DNA of 64,000 nucleotides, from sequence record MK250017.1. One strand, 5' to 3'. Within the stretch, counting starts at the first letter, position 1. Every line of letters starts with the position of its first letter. Positions 9,705 to 20,380 of this stretch are shown piece after piece. The position numbers were made by a program, and so were the translations under genes. The notes below the pieces were generated by a model. It saw nothing but the letters and a program-made list of their open reading frames with translations. It did no database searches and had not been told where the DNA came from.

Positions 9705-10874
9705 TTAATATATTACTAATCTTACTGTGTTCATTACTTTTCCACCTGGTGTTTTGAATGTAATAATAGCATAATTATATTCATAACCATCCCATTCACA
9801 TTCACGGTCTTCACCATATCCATTATAACGGTCACCATCTTCCAACTTATATTTAAATTCAATAGTTGCTTTCCAATTTGGCTTCTTTATAGATTGTAAT
9901 GTTGTTTTATAATCCTTACATTTTTTTGAATCATGTGCAAGTAATCGTAATCCATATCTTTCAAAAATTTGACCACGTTTTCCTGCAACACTTTCTGCTG
10001 ATACTGTTGTTATTTCTAATGGTTTACATTTCAATACATTAACAATATACTTATTTAATGATTCAAATTCTTTACATGGTTTTGAAATAAAATGAATAAT
10101 ATCGATATATGTACTACGTTCGCTTCTTAACCACCCACTAGGACTATGTATCTCTGTTTTTTGTATATAACCAGGAACATCCACCTTATAAAGATCATAT
10201 CTATAAATATCTTCCTCTAATTGATCAACATCACCGTTAGGATAAAATTTAGATAATACTTTTTCATTCTTAAAATAAAAATCAACAATATTAATTTCAA
10301 TTACTGGTGATTTTTTTGATTTCTGTTCAGTAATATCTTTCTTTATAAGTTTTTTTAATATACCAACTTTATCATTTGATGATATACGAGGTTTTGATGT
10401 AGTTCTTGTATTTGTATTTGATGAACTATATGTATTCATACTTTTATCAGTAATACCAAAATCTTTTAATGTAATAGTACCTCCAATTTTAGTATTAACC
10501 CAATTAATAACGTTATTTGCATCTGCTGTATTACGTCTAAATAAATTAGTAAATGCTTCAATAGTTGCATTATCACGCTTAGGCATTTTTGCTTCAGCTT
10601 CACCAACAAAAGTCCAGATTAATTTAGGATTACCAAATGAAGCAAGTTTACATTTTCTACCTTGTTTAATAATACGTAGAACATATGATTGTTTTTGTGT
10701 TTCATCAACTAAATACAAATAATATACTGGATAACCAGTAGTACCATTAGCAATAAGTTTTATAATACTACCTCTGTAAGGTATATCATCAAAACTTGCA
10801 ATATTTTCAAAATTAAACTTAACAACTTTTTGTTCAGTTGTTGAAAGTGCTTCGAATAATCTATTAAATTTCAT
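9705..10874 (-). CDS. Putative virion internal protein
   Basis: MKFNRLFEA start (capsid-targeting-like); AATAAATA at 10901-10908. Confidence 0.6.
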   Translation of the reverse strand: MKFNRLFEALSTTEQKVVKFNFENIASFDDIPYRGSIIKLIANGTTGYPVYYLYLVDETQKQSYVLRIIKQGRKCKLASFGNPKLIWTFVGEAEAKMPKRDNATIEAFTNLFRRNTADANNVINWVNTKIGGTITLKDFGITDKSMNTYSSSNTNTRTTSKPRISSNDKVGILKKLIKKDITEQKSKKSPVIEINIVDFYFKNEKVLSKFYPNGDVDQLEEDIYRYDLYKVDVPGYIQKTEIHSPSGWLRSERSTYIDIIHFISKPCKEFESLNKYIVNVLKCKPLEITTVSAESVAGKRGQIFERYGLRLLAHDSKKCKDYKTTLQSIKKPNWKATIEFKYKLEDGDRYNGYGEDRECEWDGYEYNYAIITFKTPGGKVMNTVRLVIY

Positions 10875-10903
10875 TATTAAAAATATTTTAATGTTTAATA
10901 TAT

Positions 10904-11602
10904 TTATTTTCTACGAATTGCTCTAATTGGTAATGATGATAACATATCATATATAGTTATACCAATATTATTTGCATTTAATATTTTATATCCATAATTA
11001 AAATCATATCCGTCATACTCAGTAGAACTCCAGAAACATGCATCTGTTTTATCCTGTACTTTTTTTCCTTTAACAAAACCTGTTGAAGGAATAATTATGA
11101 ATTTATTAGGATTTTTTAATGATGAAACTTTAAATGCAATACCATTTCTTCCTACTCGTATTTGTGATACATCTGTATTATTAATTAATTCTTCAATATC
11201 TTTTTTAGAAGGTATATCCCAACTGGTTCCTAATATAAATTCAGGAACTGAATTATATTTTATTGTTTTATTTTTTAAACGACTATATAATAACTCTACA
11301 TAAGAATCCCAGTTAATACCAGCTGCACTATCTAGTGAAATTTTATCTAATGTAAATCCTTTTCGTCTAAAATAACCTCCTGTTTTTGTTGGTCTAGTTG
11401 CTCCGATATTTCTATCACACCATAAGTTTCCTGATGGTAAATCTAAATCAACAGCTTCATATTCAATTTTATCTTTTCCTATAGTTACACCTGTTACTTT
11501 TTCGGCAAATACCGTATCTATGGAATCTTTATCTGATGCTAAAATATTATCAGTTTCTTCATCAAATAAAGATTCCATAAGTATTTTTATATTTTTATTC
11601 AT
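10904..11602 (-). CDS. DUF1566/Lcl-like domain protein with LMES propeptide
   Basis: VDLDLPSGNLWCDRNIGA, WDIPSKKDIEEL, FWSSTE motifs; AATAAATA at 11626-11633. Confidence 0.6.
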   Translation of the reverse strand: MNKNIKILMESLFDEETDNILASDKDSIDTVFAEKVTGVTIGKDKIEYEAVDLDLPSGNLWCDRNIGATRPTKTGGYFRRKGFTLDKISLDSAAGINWDSYVELLYSRLKNKTIKYNSVPEFILGTSWDIPSKKDIEELINNTDVSQIRVGRNGIAFKVSSLKNPNKFIIIPSTGFVKGKKVQDKTDACFWSSTEYDGYDFNYGYKILNANNIGITIYDMLSSLPIRAIRRK

Positions 11603-11632
11603 TAATATTATATTAATATTTAAAATATTTAT

Positions 11633-12775
11633 TTAATAACGTCCATATATACCACTTGGTTTATCTAATGTAAACTCATTTGTTATAACCCAATATGAAA
11701 TGCCGACATTATAACATAGTATAATAATAAGAATTGCGATATACCAACCAATACTTAATTCTATACTTAGATAATTAAAATCATTAAATTCTTTTCTATG
11801 CCAATTTTTATCAATTTGTGTATCTAACCATTCAGCATAATCTTTGAAATTAATATCAGGATGTTTTATAAAATAATCTCTTGTTTTAACTTCAAGCATA
11901 GGTTCATCACTCCACGAGAATGGATTACACCAAATAACTGTATTATTTTTCACACCGAGACATACGACAAATTCATTTTTATTTCCACCTTGCCAATATG
12001 CTTTTTGCATTTCCGCAACTTCTAATGATGGATTATTAAAGCATAGAATAAAAACATGTATTTGATTTTTTGGACCTCTATAACCATTTAAATATCGTAC
12101 TGCATCAATATCAGTATCAGTCGCAGTGAAACCAAGAATAGGATTTTGATCATTATTTTTAATTTCTGGATAATCAAATAACTTATTTTCCTTAATTTCT
12201 TCTTCACTCATATTTCCGTATTTGAATATAGAATATGATGAAGCTTTAACTTTATTTTGATATAAATGTGTCCACGTTACAGGATAAGAGTTTTCTCTTG
12301 TTCTATTCCATGATGTAACATATGCATCGCCATCTTTTGATCTATATGATCTATGCATATCTTTAAAAACAGCAGGCATATTTAATTTATAACAAATTAA
12401 TTTATATTCATCTTCAGATACATCATTTGTTTCACCTGTTACTGTTTCATATACATATCGTTTAGGATGATAACGCCGTTCCGGAACTACATATGTTTCT
12501 GTACGAGTTTTACCTTTACCACATGAAACCGTTCTTGTATGTGTTATCATAACAGTTTCATCCCAATCTTCATAATATGTTATTTTACTTACCAAATCAC
12601 TTAAATATTCTTTATCTAATGATGATATATAAACAAATGAATATTTAAGAGCAAAAAATAACAATATTGATGGAACAAGTACAACTACATATTCCCACCA
12701 TGCTGTTTTTTCTCTAAATTTAAATGCAAGTATTCCCACTGTAACAATAGGAATTAAAAAGATTAATATTTCCAT
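11633..12775 (-). CDS. Conserved phage membrane protein
   Basis: Two N-terminal and one C-terminal TM helices around a soluble domain. Confidence 0.7.
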   Translation of the reverse strand: MEILIFLIPIVTVGILAFKFREKTAWWEYVVVLVPSILLFFALKYSFVYISSLDKEYLSDLVSKITYYEDWDETVMITHTRTVSCGKGKTRTETYVVPERRYHPKRYVYETVTGETNDVSEDEYKLICYKLNMPAVFKDMHRSYRSKDGDAYVTSWNRTRENSYPVTWTHLYQNKVKASSYSIFKYGNMSEEEIKENKLFDYPEIKNNDQNPILGFTATDTDIDAVRYLNGYRGPKNQIHVFILCFNNPSLEVAEMQKAYWQGGNKNEFVVCLGVKNNTVIWCNPFSWSDEPMLEVKTRDYFIKHPDINFKDYAEWLDTQIDKNWHRKEFNDFNYLSIELSIGWYIAILIIILCYNVGISYWVITNEFTLDKPSGIYGRY

Positions 12776-12815
12776 ATTTAATTAATACTATTTACTGATA
12801 TTCATATTTATAATA

Positions 12816-12823
12816 CAAAGATA
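12816..12823 (-). promoter_or_regulatory. Bacteroidetes-type -7 promoter element
   Basis: TATCTTTG upstream of 12775. Confidence 0.75.
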
Positions 12824-12869
12824 CATTTTTATTATTAAATAAAAAAATCTTGAAGATTTTACATTATCT

Positions 12870-13325
12870 TCAAGATTTCTCATATTTCTTTTTTAATTGT
12901 TCATATAATTTACGTTCATTATCTTCATTTTCTTTTTTATTCTTTTCCTCGATATATGTTTTGAATCTATTATAACGTTTATCACGCTCTTTATAATAGT
13001 CATCTCCATTTTTCAGAAAGTCTTCAAGTTGTTTTGCTGTTAAACCTCGCGTTGAATAATCATCATGCTCACCTCTTCCATAATAATCATTCCACTCAAT
13101 ATAATATAACCCATTAAATTTAGATATTTCAATATATGTTATATTACAAGATTCTACATCTACATCATCATTACAGAATGAATGAAGAAACTGCTTATAT
13201 GATTTTTTACTTGTAAATTCTTTTATAAACTTCTGTTTATATTCTTTGTATTTCTGTAATGAATTATTGTATTCTTTTTCTATTTCATTAAATTTCTCAA
13301 ATGAAAAATTAGTATTATTATCCAT
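12870..13325 (-). CDS. Hypothetical protein, tandem paralog of 13413..13859
   Basis: MDN..FSF start and LYExLKKKYEKS end shared. Confidence 0.75.
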   Translation of the reverse strand: MDNNTNFSFEKFNEIEKEYNNSLQKYKEYKQKFIKEFTSKKSYKQFLHSFCNDDVDVESCNITYIEISKFNGLYYIEWNDYYGRGEHDDYSTRGLTAKQLEDFLKNGDDYYKERDKRYNRFKTYIEEKNKKENEDNERKLYEQLKKKYEKS

Positions 13326-13412
13326 ATTTTAATAAATTTTAGTAAAATTATTATAAAAATCTTATGCATATCTTACAAAATATTGAAAACATTTAAAGAC
13401 GTTGTATTATCT

Positions 13413-13859
13413 TCAAGATTTCTCATATTTCTTTTTCAAACGTTCATATAATTCCCTTTCTTCTTTATCTTGATCTATATATTCATTATTTTTTGCATTT
13501 TGAATACGTTCATAACGTTCTTTAACTTTCTCATAATATTCATCTCCATTTTTGAAAAAGTCATCAATCTGCTTTATTGTTAAAGGTTTAGTCATAAATG
13601 ATTCAGTTTCACCAAGAAAAGAATCATCCCATTGAATATAAAATATATCACCGTATCTTAATAACTGAATAAATGAAATATTTTGATTAAATACGTCTAT
13701 ATCTTTATCATCTCTATGTTTATTCAAGAAATATTTATATGATTTCATATTCTCAAATGCAACACTAAAAGATTTTATATGTTCATTATATTTACGTAAG
13801 ATGTCTGCAAATTTATCATCATCTTCTACATACTGTTTAAATGAAAAAGTATTATCCAT
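13413..13859 (-). CDS. Hypothetical protein, tandem paralog of 12870..13325
   Basis: See paralog. Confidence 0.75.
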   Translation of the reverse strand: MDNTFSFKQYVEDDDKFADILRKYNEHIKSFSVAFENMKSYKYFLNKHRDDKDIDVFNQNISFIQLLRYGDIFYIQWDDSFLGETESFMTKPLTIKQIDDFFKNGDEYYEKVKERYERIQNAKNNEYIDQDKEERELYERLKKKYEKS

Positions 13860-13861
13860 AA

Positions 13862-14395
13862 TTAATAAATTTTTGTAAAATTATCATAAAAATCTTCTGC
13901 ATGTCTTACAAAATATGGTCCATCTGGACAATCATCATATAATGCTTTATAAAGAATAAGATTATTATTTTTTCGCCAATAATAATTATTTCTTTCTATA
14001 TATTCACCATCAATACAATCAGGTTCAATATCAAGATCTTTAAATAAAATATTTTCTTGAATAACTTCATATTCTCGATGATCAAAATCTTTTGCATTAT
14101 TGTATATATAATGTCCTATACCTGTTTTTGATTCACATATATGTTTAGTAGTATACCAAAAATCATTAAAATCATAATGTTCATCTGGAACTTTATCTTT
14201 ATTCATATATTGTTTTTCAACATGCAATTTTGTTACTGTACATTTTGCATAACTTCCAAACCAACATATTTCAAATATTGTTTCATTATAGAATTCATAT
14301 ATGTTTAATATTCTTTTTGGTTCAACTAGTAAAGGAAATTCTTTACATTTATGAAATATATAATCTCCAATTTTTAATTCATTGAATGTTTTCAT
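13862..14395 (-). CDS. Protein with C-terminal DUF1653-like domain
   Basis: ILYKALYD..YFVRHAEDFYDNF motif. Confidence 0.55.
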   Translation of the reverse strand: MKTFNELKIGDYIFHKCKEFPLLVEPKRILNIYEFYNETIFEICWFGSYAKCTVTKLHVEKQYMNKDKVPDEHYDFNDFWYTTKHICESKTGIGHYIYNNAKDFDHREYEVIQENILFKDLDIEPDCIDGEYIERNNYYWRKNNNLILYKALYDDCPDGPYFVRHAEDFYDNFTKIY

Positions 14396-14399
14396 ATTA

Positions 14400-15080
14400 T
14401 TAACTTATAATAGATAAAATATTTTCTATTTGATTAAATAAACTTTCTTGGTGTTCATCAATTAATTTTAATGAATATGATAATTTCATATCTTTCCATG
14501 AATCCATAAGAAATTTAATATGGTTTCCTAAAAATAATTTCCAATCATTAATACGTAATTCATCTTTTAAACCTATTGCACATTGTGTAAAATAATCGGA
14601 TGAAAATGAAACGAGTATATCACATTCTCTTAATATACGTTGATATAAATTAAGTTTATCATCTTCTATAATATATGGATAACATGTTGCTATGATATTA
14701 TCATGAACAATTTCTTTAATTCGTTCAACTGTATCTATATCATTAGGGAATTCTCTTGTAAAATAATCTTCCATAATTTTACATGCATTACTTACATTTA
14801 TATCATCTGTAAATCTTCCTGCACTATGATTAAAATCATGAAATATTGCAGATACAAGCAAAATATATAAACCTTCTGAATCTAATTTAAATTCATAATC
14901 ATCTTTTTGACTTTCTTCATATATACAACATATATGATACATCATTGATAATGTATGATTAGCATTATGATATGGATTAGAAAGTGTTATACAGTTATTA
15001 ACATAGAAAGAAAATATTTTCTTTAAATTATCATTACCATTAATAAAATTAAATACTTTATTATAATCTATATTAATCAT
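14400..15080 (-). CDS. HD-domain phosphohydrolase (PDEase-like)
   Basis: PYHNANH, AIFHDFNH and a downstream CDI aspartate. Confidence 0.75.
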   Translation of the reverse strand: MINIDYNKVFNFINGNDNLKKIFSFYVNNCITLSNPYHNANHTLSMMYHICCIYEESQKDDYEFKLDSEGLYILLVSAIFHDFNHSAGRFTDDINVSNACKIMEDYFTREFPNDIDTVERIKEIVHDNIIATCYPYIIEDDKLNLYQRILRECDILVSFSSDYFTQCAIGLKDELRINDWKLFLGNHIKFLMDSWKDMKLSYSLKLIDEHQESLFNQIENILSIIS

Positions 15081-15200
15081 TTTTAAATTTATTTTTTAAC
15101 TTATATTTTCTTATATATGTATGAATATAAAAAGTCCTGATTAACGTTTGAATTAATCAGGACTTTTATATATATTTAACATAATTTTATTTAATATTAA

Positions 15201-16955
15201 TTAAATATTATCATAAGTTTGTTCAAGAATCTTTGCATAATCCATATGGTAACCAAGTGGATGTTCTGATTCTTGTACAGGTTTCATAATAGGTTTCTGT
15301 GCAACTTTATAACGACGAACGAATTCTTCATTCATTACTCGCTGTGCTTCTCTGGTACGAAGACCAGTTTTCTCCCAGAATTCATCTACATCTTGTTTAT
15401 TTTCAAGAACCCAGTAACGAGCCATATTTTCAATAGCATCCTGCTCTTGAAGTGGTGCTTTTGTATAAAGTTCAATATCTTTAGGATCTGCTAATCTTAA
15501 CCAGTTTTTGAGAACACGCTTTTCTGCAAGTAGAGGAACATTCCATTGATTGTTAATATCTTCTATCTTATAGATATTATGTTCAACTACATATTTCATA
15601 CACTTCTTTTTCTGTGTAGGTTTAAGAGCTGCAAATTTAGCAAAATTTTCAGGAGATAATGAAATAGAGAATGGATAACGTGAAACAATTTGTTCTTTAA
15701 TACTTTCTTTCTTTTCAAGATTGTCAAGAAGATCCTGAAATTCTTCCATATCTTTTTCAGTTTCTGCTGCAATTCTTTCTGCTTTTTCTGTAGATGTTTT
15801 TGAGTCTTCATCAGCAGGCGCTGCCTCATCTGCCTCATCATTTGCAGTATCTGTATCGGAAACATCTTCTGAATCATCTGACTTATCTGCATCGCCATCA
15901 TCAGCTTTATCTTCATCTGACTGTCCTTCAATGTCGATAATATCCGCACGTTTTTCATCTTTATCATCACTGTCTTCATCAGATGATTCGCCATCAGCAT
16001 CTTCTGATGTAATATCAAGAATTAAGGCACGTTTCTTCTGTTTCTCTTCATCTGTTGGTTCTGACTTATTAGTATCTGTAGATGTATTTGTATCATTATC
16101 TTTATTATCATCCGATTTATCATCTTTATTATCACTATCAGATGATGAATTATCTGCACCATCAGGTGTTACATCAGCTTCAGGTAATTTGAATTCTTCT
16201 TCATCTTCCTCAAGTAATGGCTTAGATAAATCTTTTAGGTTAACAGGCTTGTTTTTCATTTCCATACATTTTTCATTAATTGGCGCTTCTTGCTCTAATT
16301 CATTAACAGTAACGCCTTCCATAAGAACTTTATATTTCTTATTAGTTGTTTCTTTCTGTGATTTTTGAGCAGAAACAGATTCATTAAGATATGACATAGT
16401 ATTTACACCAAGTGATTCATTGATTCTATCAAGACGTGCTTCTGCAAAACCTGGTGTACATACAATATCATAAGTGAATATTTGAGCGATTTCAACTTCA
16501 TGTGTTTTTTCATCTACATCACCTGCTGCACGAGAAGATACAAATAAAGGATAACCAGCTTCAACTAATTCCTGTGCGATTTTACCGTTTGGTGTATCAA
16601 GGATTTCAAGTTTTCCCATTACATTATGATTCTCCTGATCATACCAAAGATCTGTAATTTTATGAGAGGCTTCTTTTAATTGAATATCAAAACGTCCTTC
16701 AGGATGATCTAATTCACCAAGAATTGAACCACTTTGTTTAATCATTTCACGTAAATATCCAAGATGACGTAAAACTTCCTTTTCCGGATAACTTCTATTG
16801 TTTCTGTTAATTACAACATGTCCAGGTACAGAGCATGCAGTAAAAACACCAGAGAATATATATTTCTTATTATTTGGTGTACTGTCAAAGGCTTCATTAA
16901 GAGTAAGAGGCTGCAATGACTTACTTTTTATCATTAATTTACTATTCTTTGTCAT
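15201..16955 (-). CDS. Prohead protease (T4 gp21-like) fused to an acidic scaffold-like region
   Basis: NRNNRSYP, LGELDHP, VSSRAAG, YDIVCTPGFAEA motifs; long D/E-rich linker; AATAAATA at 16982 and 16999. Confidence 0.85.
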   Translation of the reverse strand: MTKNSKLMIKSKSLQPLTLNEAFDSTPNNKKYIFSGVFTACSVPGHVVINRNNRSYPEKEVLRHLGYLREMIKQSGSILGELDHPEGRFDIQLKEASHKITDLWYDQENHNVMGKLEILDTPNGKIAQELVEAGYPLFVSSRAAGDVDEKTHEVEIAQIFTYDIVCTPGFAEARLDRINESLGVNTMSYLNESVSAQKSQKETTNKKYKVLMEGVTVNELEQEAPINEKCMEMKNKPVNLKDLSKPLLEEDEEEFKLPEADVTPDGADNSSSDSDNKDDKSDDNKDNDTNTSTDTNKSEPTDEEKQKKRALILDITSEDADGESSDEDSDDKDEKRADIIDIEGQSDEDKADDGDADKSDDSEDVSDTDTANDEADEAAPADEDSKTSTEKAERIAAETEKDMEEFQDLLDNLEKKESIKEQIVSRYPFSISLSPENFAKFAALKPTQKKKCMKYVVEHNIYKIEDINNQWNVPLLAEKRVLKNWLRLADPKDIELYTKAPLQEQDAIENMARYWVLENKQDVDEFWEKTGLRTREAQRVMNEEFVRRYKVAQKPIMKPVQESEHPLGYHMDYAKILEQTYDNI

Positions 16956-17050
16956 ATAAACAAAATAATTCTTATTTTTATTATTTATTCATTCTATATA
17001 TTTATTAAAAATGCAATTTAAAATAAATATTTAAATATGATATAACTATA

Positions 17051-17752
17051 ATGAATAAAAATATAAAACATTTATTAGAATATATTGTTAACGAAGAAAA
17101 TATACAATTAACTAATAAATTGAATAATAATGGTGATTTTCTAAATAATATTATAACTTATTTTAAAACAAATTTCAAGCCTCAAATTTTAGTAAATATT
17201 AAAATAAAAGATGAAAACATTAAAAATAATGATTTTTATAAAGCAGTAATGATAAATATCGCGAGTTAGTTAATAGAATATTATGTCGCGAATTTTATGC
17301 TTAATATGTTTAAATCTAAATTTAAATTTAATGGTAATTTAATTTTTGATGAAGATAAAGATGATGAAAATAATAAAATTACTATTAAAAGAGGTAGAGT
17401 TCATGATTTTATAGTATAGTTTAAAAATGATGATAAGGATGATTTTTATAATTAGCCATTTGAAATTAAATCATATAATAAAGAATTCGGTAATATTACA
17501 TTAACAGATAATCAAAGAAAAATAAGTAATATAGGAACGCCTATTTATGTTTTATGCAATTATGATTTAAACGATAATGCAATAATTATTACAGATATTG
17601 ATTTAGTATTAGGAAGTAACTTATTAAGTTACTTATTAAGTAAGTCACTATTTAATAATGATAAGGCAGGTTCAAGACATATCAGTAAAGATGTAGGAAG
17701 AATTAATATATATAAAAGAGAATAGGAATAGTTAAATTCTTCAACTAAATAA
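17051..17752 (+). CDS. Hypothetical protein (TAG=Gln), possible PD-(D/E)XK nuclease fold
   Basis: Open for 233 aa with 5 TAG; HDFIV..FEIKS; AATAAATA at 17022. Confidence 0.7.
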
Positions 17753-17774
17753 AAAGTAAATGGATAACTTATCA

Positions 17775-18383
17775 TCAAGATAAGTTATCCATTTTTTGTT
17801 TACAATTATCAAATGAGTTTGTAAGTTTTGTGCAAAATGAATCAATATCATCTGGTGAATAACCATGAAATGTAATTTCCCATAAAACTTCAGCAATAAT
17901 TGTATTTTTATTGAAATTCTTTAATGTATCTGGGTGAATATTCAAATACAAAACATTACGCCAATCCATAAGATCTATTGCATAACTAACATCTCTTTCT
18001 TTAATAAAACCAGATACATTGATATATTCATCATGATTTCCTAAATATTCATCAATTACTGTATTTAAACATATGTACATATTAAATGATGGTTTAATAG
18101 GTTTCATATTTTTGAGAATATGAAATGCTTGTTTATAACCATCAATATTTTTCTTTTCATCATGATGATGTATGTACATTGCATTCATAATATCATTAAA
18201 TGATGAATTCATTATTAATTCCTTAAAAGAAATAGTACGATCATTATTTCTTTTAGGACATGTATTTAATGTATTTAATGGTCTAATGTTATTTAGAGTT
18301 GGCTGAATTAAGTTGTATTTACAACCATGATGAGAACAATTCTTACACCAAATTTTCCCAATTTTGCAATAATTCTTACTCAT
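17775..18383 (-). CDS. Hypothetical protein with N-terminal Cys cluster and LWEITFHGY motif
   Basis: 202-aa ORF. Confidence 0.7.
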   Translation of the reverse strand: MSKNYCKIGKIWCKNCSHHGCKYNLIQPTLNNIRPLNTLNTCPKRNNDRTISFKELIMNSSFNDIMNAMYIHHHDEKKNIDGYKQAFHILKNMKPIKPSFNMYICLNTVIDEYLGNHDEYINVSGFIKERDVSYAIDLMDWRNVLYLNIHPDTLKNFNKNTIIAEVLWEITFHGYSPDDIDSFCTKLTNSFDNCKQKMDNLS

Positions 18384-18388
18384 AATTA

Positions 18389-18514
18389 TTATTTTTTAGT
18401 ATTCACCTTATTTAAATATTCTTGTTTCATACACATATCAATATATTCATCTTCTAACATACCTCCGATGAAATTACAAAAACATTCTTTAAATTTTATG
18501 AAAACCTTTTTCAT
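18389..18514 (-). CDS. Small hypothetical protein (MKKVFIKF..)
   Basis: ATG just downstream of a host-type promoter; the longer track ORF overlaps the promoter and neighbour gene. Confidence 0.45.
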   Translation of the reverse strand: MKKVFIKFKECFCNFIGGMLEDEYIDMCMKQEYLNKVNTKK

Positions 18515-18542
18515 ATAAATATTAATTTTAATTATTATAATA

Positions 18543-18550
18543 CAAAGATA
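18543..18550 (-). promoter_or_regulatory. Bacteroidetes-type -7 promoter element
   Basis: TATCTTTG in the conserved motif. Confidence 0.75.
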
Positions 18551-18584
18551 CATATTTTTATTGACACATAAAAATTTATGTATA

Positions 18585-19607
18585 TTAAATATTGCTAAAT
18601 AATGATTCTCGATAATATTCATCAAACTTATTTTCTTTTAATGCATAATTAATAGCTTTTTGTAACTTAAAAAAATAATTTGAAATAAATTTATTAATAT
18701 CATATTTAACGTTATCTGCATTTTGTTTATCTAATGATGTATATTTATTATTCTATAACATTTTTCTTATGGATGATTCCTTAATATCATTTTTTAATAA
18801 TTTCTAAATATGTCCATAATAACCTATAATATTTAATAATAATACATATTCATAATTATTAGAAACAATATCATTTTTTAATAATATATTAAAATCAAGG
18901 AGATATTTGTCGTATAAATTAATATTTTTAAAATATTGTATAAGTGAACCAATAACATCATTATTTTTTATTATTTCATTAATTTCTTCATTTGTTAAAT
19001 CACATATCAATCTATATTGTTGATTTACTCTTGCTTGAATTTCTGTAGGAGACATTAAATATAATATATCTTTAACTTTATCAAATAAATCATCTGATAT
19101 ATTGAAAATATTATCAATATTATCTGCCATATTTTTATTATTTAAAATAATATTTTTATTTTTGAATTTATACATATGTTTTACATGTATAAATTCATGA
19201 TGAAATATTGATTTAATTGTTTTTATATTAAACCCTTTTACTACATTTGCATTTATTTTTACAATATGATCATTTAAATTTATATCAATTCCTCGAATAT
19301 CAGTTGTAGCATTTGCATTACTATTCCAATTTGCTTCCCAATATACAAATATAGAATATAAGTCTTCATTTTCGGTTTCTTTACATTTAACACATTCAGA
19401 CGTTTCTATATTTAATTTCCATCCAGTATAAATTAATCCATACATACGTCCTCTACTTTTTATAAATGTATCGTATATATCATCAACAACATCATCAAAT
19501 GTTCTTAAAATATGAAATTCTTCTAATAATGTATTTGATATTGCATCTATTAATGATTCCTATAATCTTAATCTTAAATTTCGTGGTATTGTATTATAAC
19601 AACTCAT
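18585..19607 (-). CDS. Zincin-like HExxH metalloprotein (TAG=Gln)
   Basis: 340 aa when TAG=Q; HHEFIH and PTEIQARV. Confidence 0.7.
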
Positions 19608-19628
19608 TATTATAATTATTAAATTTTG

Positions 19629-20378
19629 TTATTTACGAAATATATTTTCATATATAAGTTTAATATCATTACTTGTTAATTTATGATAAGATTCTTTAAT
19701 CGATATAGGTTCAACTCTACTAGAAAAATCTTCTATACATTGTTTTGTATCAAATTCTATATTTCTACCAAGTCCCCTTAATTTATTAATGTCTTTCTTT
19801 TTATCTAATATACCATCTTTAACTAATTGATCAAATGCATACTTATCATCTGATATAAAAGTTTTACCACCTTTCTTCCATTCATCTGTATATGTTTCAG
19901 ATTTATGATCATATTTAGGATCACAATTACCAAATAAACGTTTTACATCTTTTCTGTATGCATTTCCTTTTTCTGGTATATAACATCTGAATTGTTTACC
20001 ATCATAATATACCATAATACATATAGGACATTCCCAGTCACCGCCAGCATACATAATAATATATGGACATCCTTTTACTGTTCTAAGACTACCACTGATT
20101 TCAAAATTTTCCCAATCTGGTTTAATATCTTTAAAGTCTTTATAAATAGTAGATTTATCATCATAATATGATTGTCTGACTGCTCGTGGTAAAGTTGCAA
20201 TAATTTTATTTGATGCATTTGTATTGTTTATTTTATCAACAGTGTATGTATCATCTTTACAAATATTTAATATAAATGCTTTAGCTTTTTCGACAAACTA
20301 AGTTTCACTTAATTTTGCAATTTTCCTACCACCTTTTCTTAATTTTATATTGTTATATAATGAATAATATTTACTCAT
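19629..20378 (-). CDS. Hypothetical protein (TAG=Gln; single TAG at codon 27)
   Basis: In-frame extension of track ORF 19629..20054; AGGDWECP motif. Confidence 0.75.
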
Positions 20379-20380
20379 AA

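Noticed and set aside
15273-16368. Antisense and alternate-frame ORFs such as the Ser-rich 15931..16368
   Set aside because: Mirror images of the acidic linker of the protease gene; the same applies to most short + strand ORFs overlapping long - strand genes
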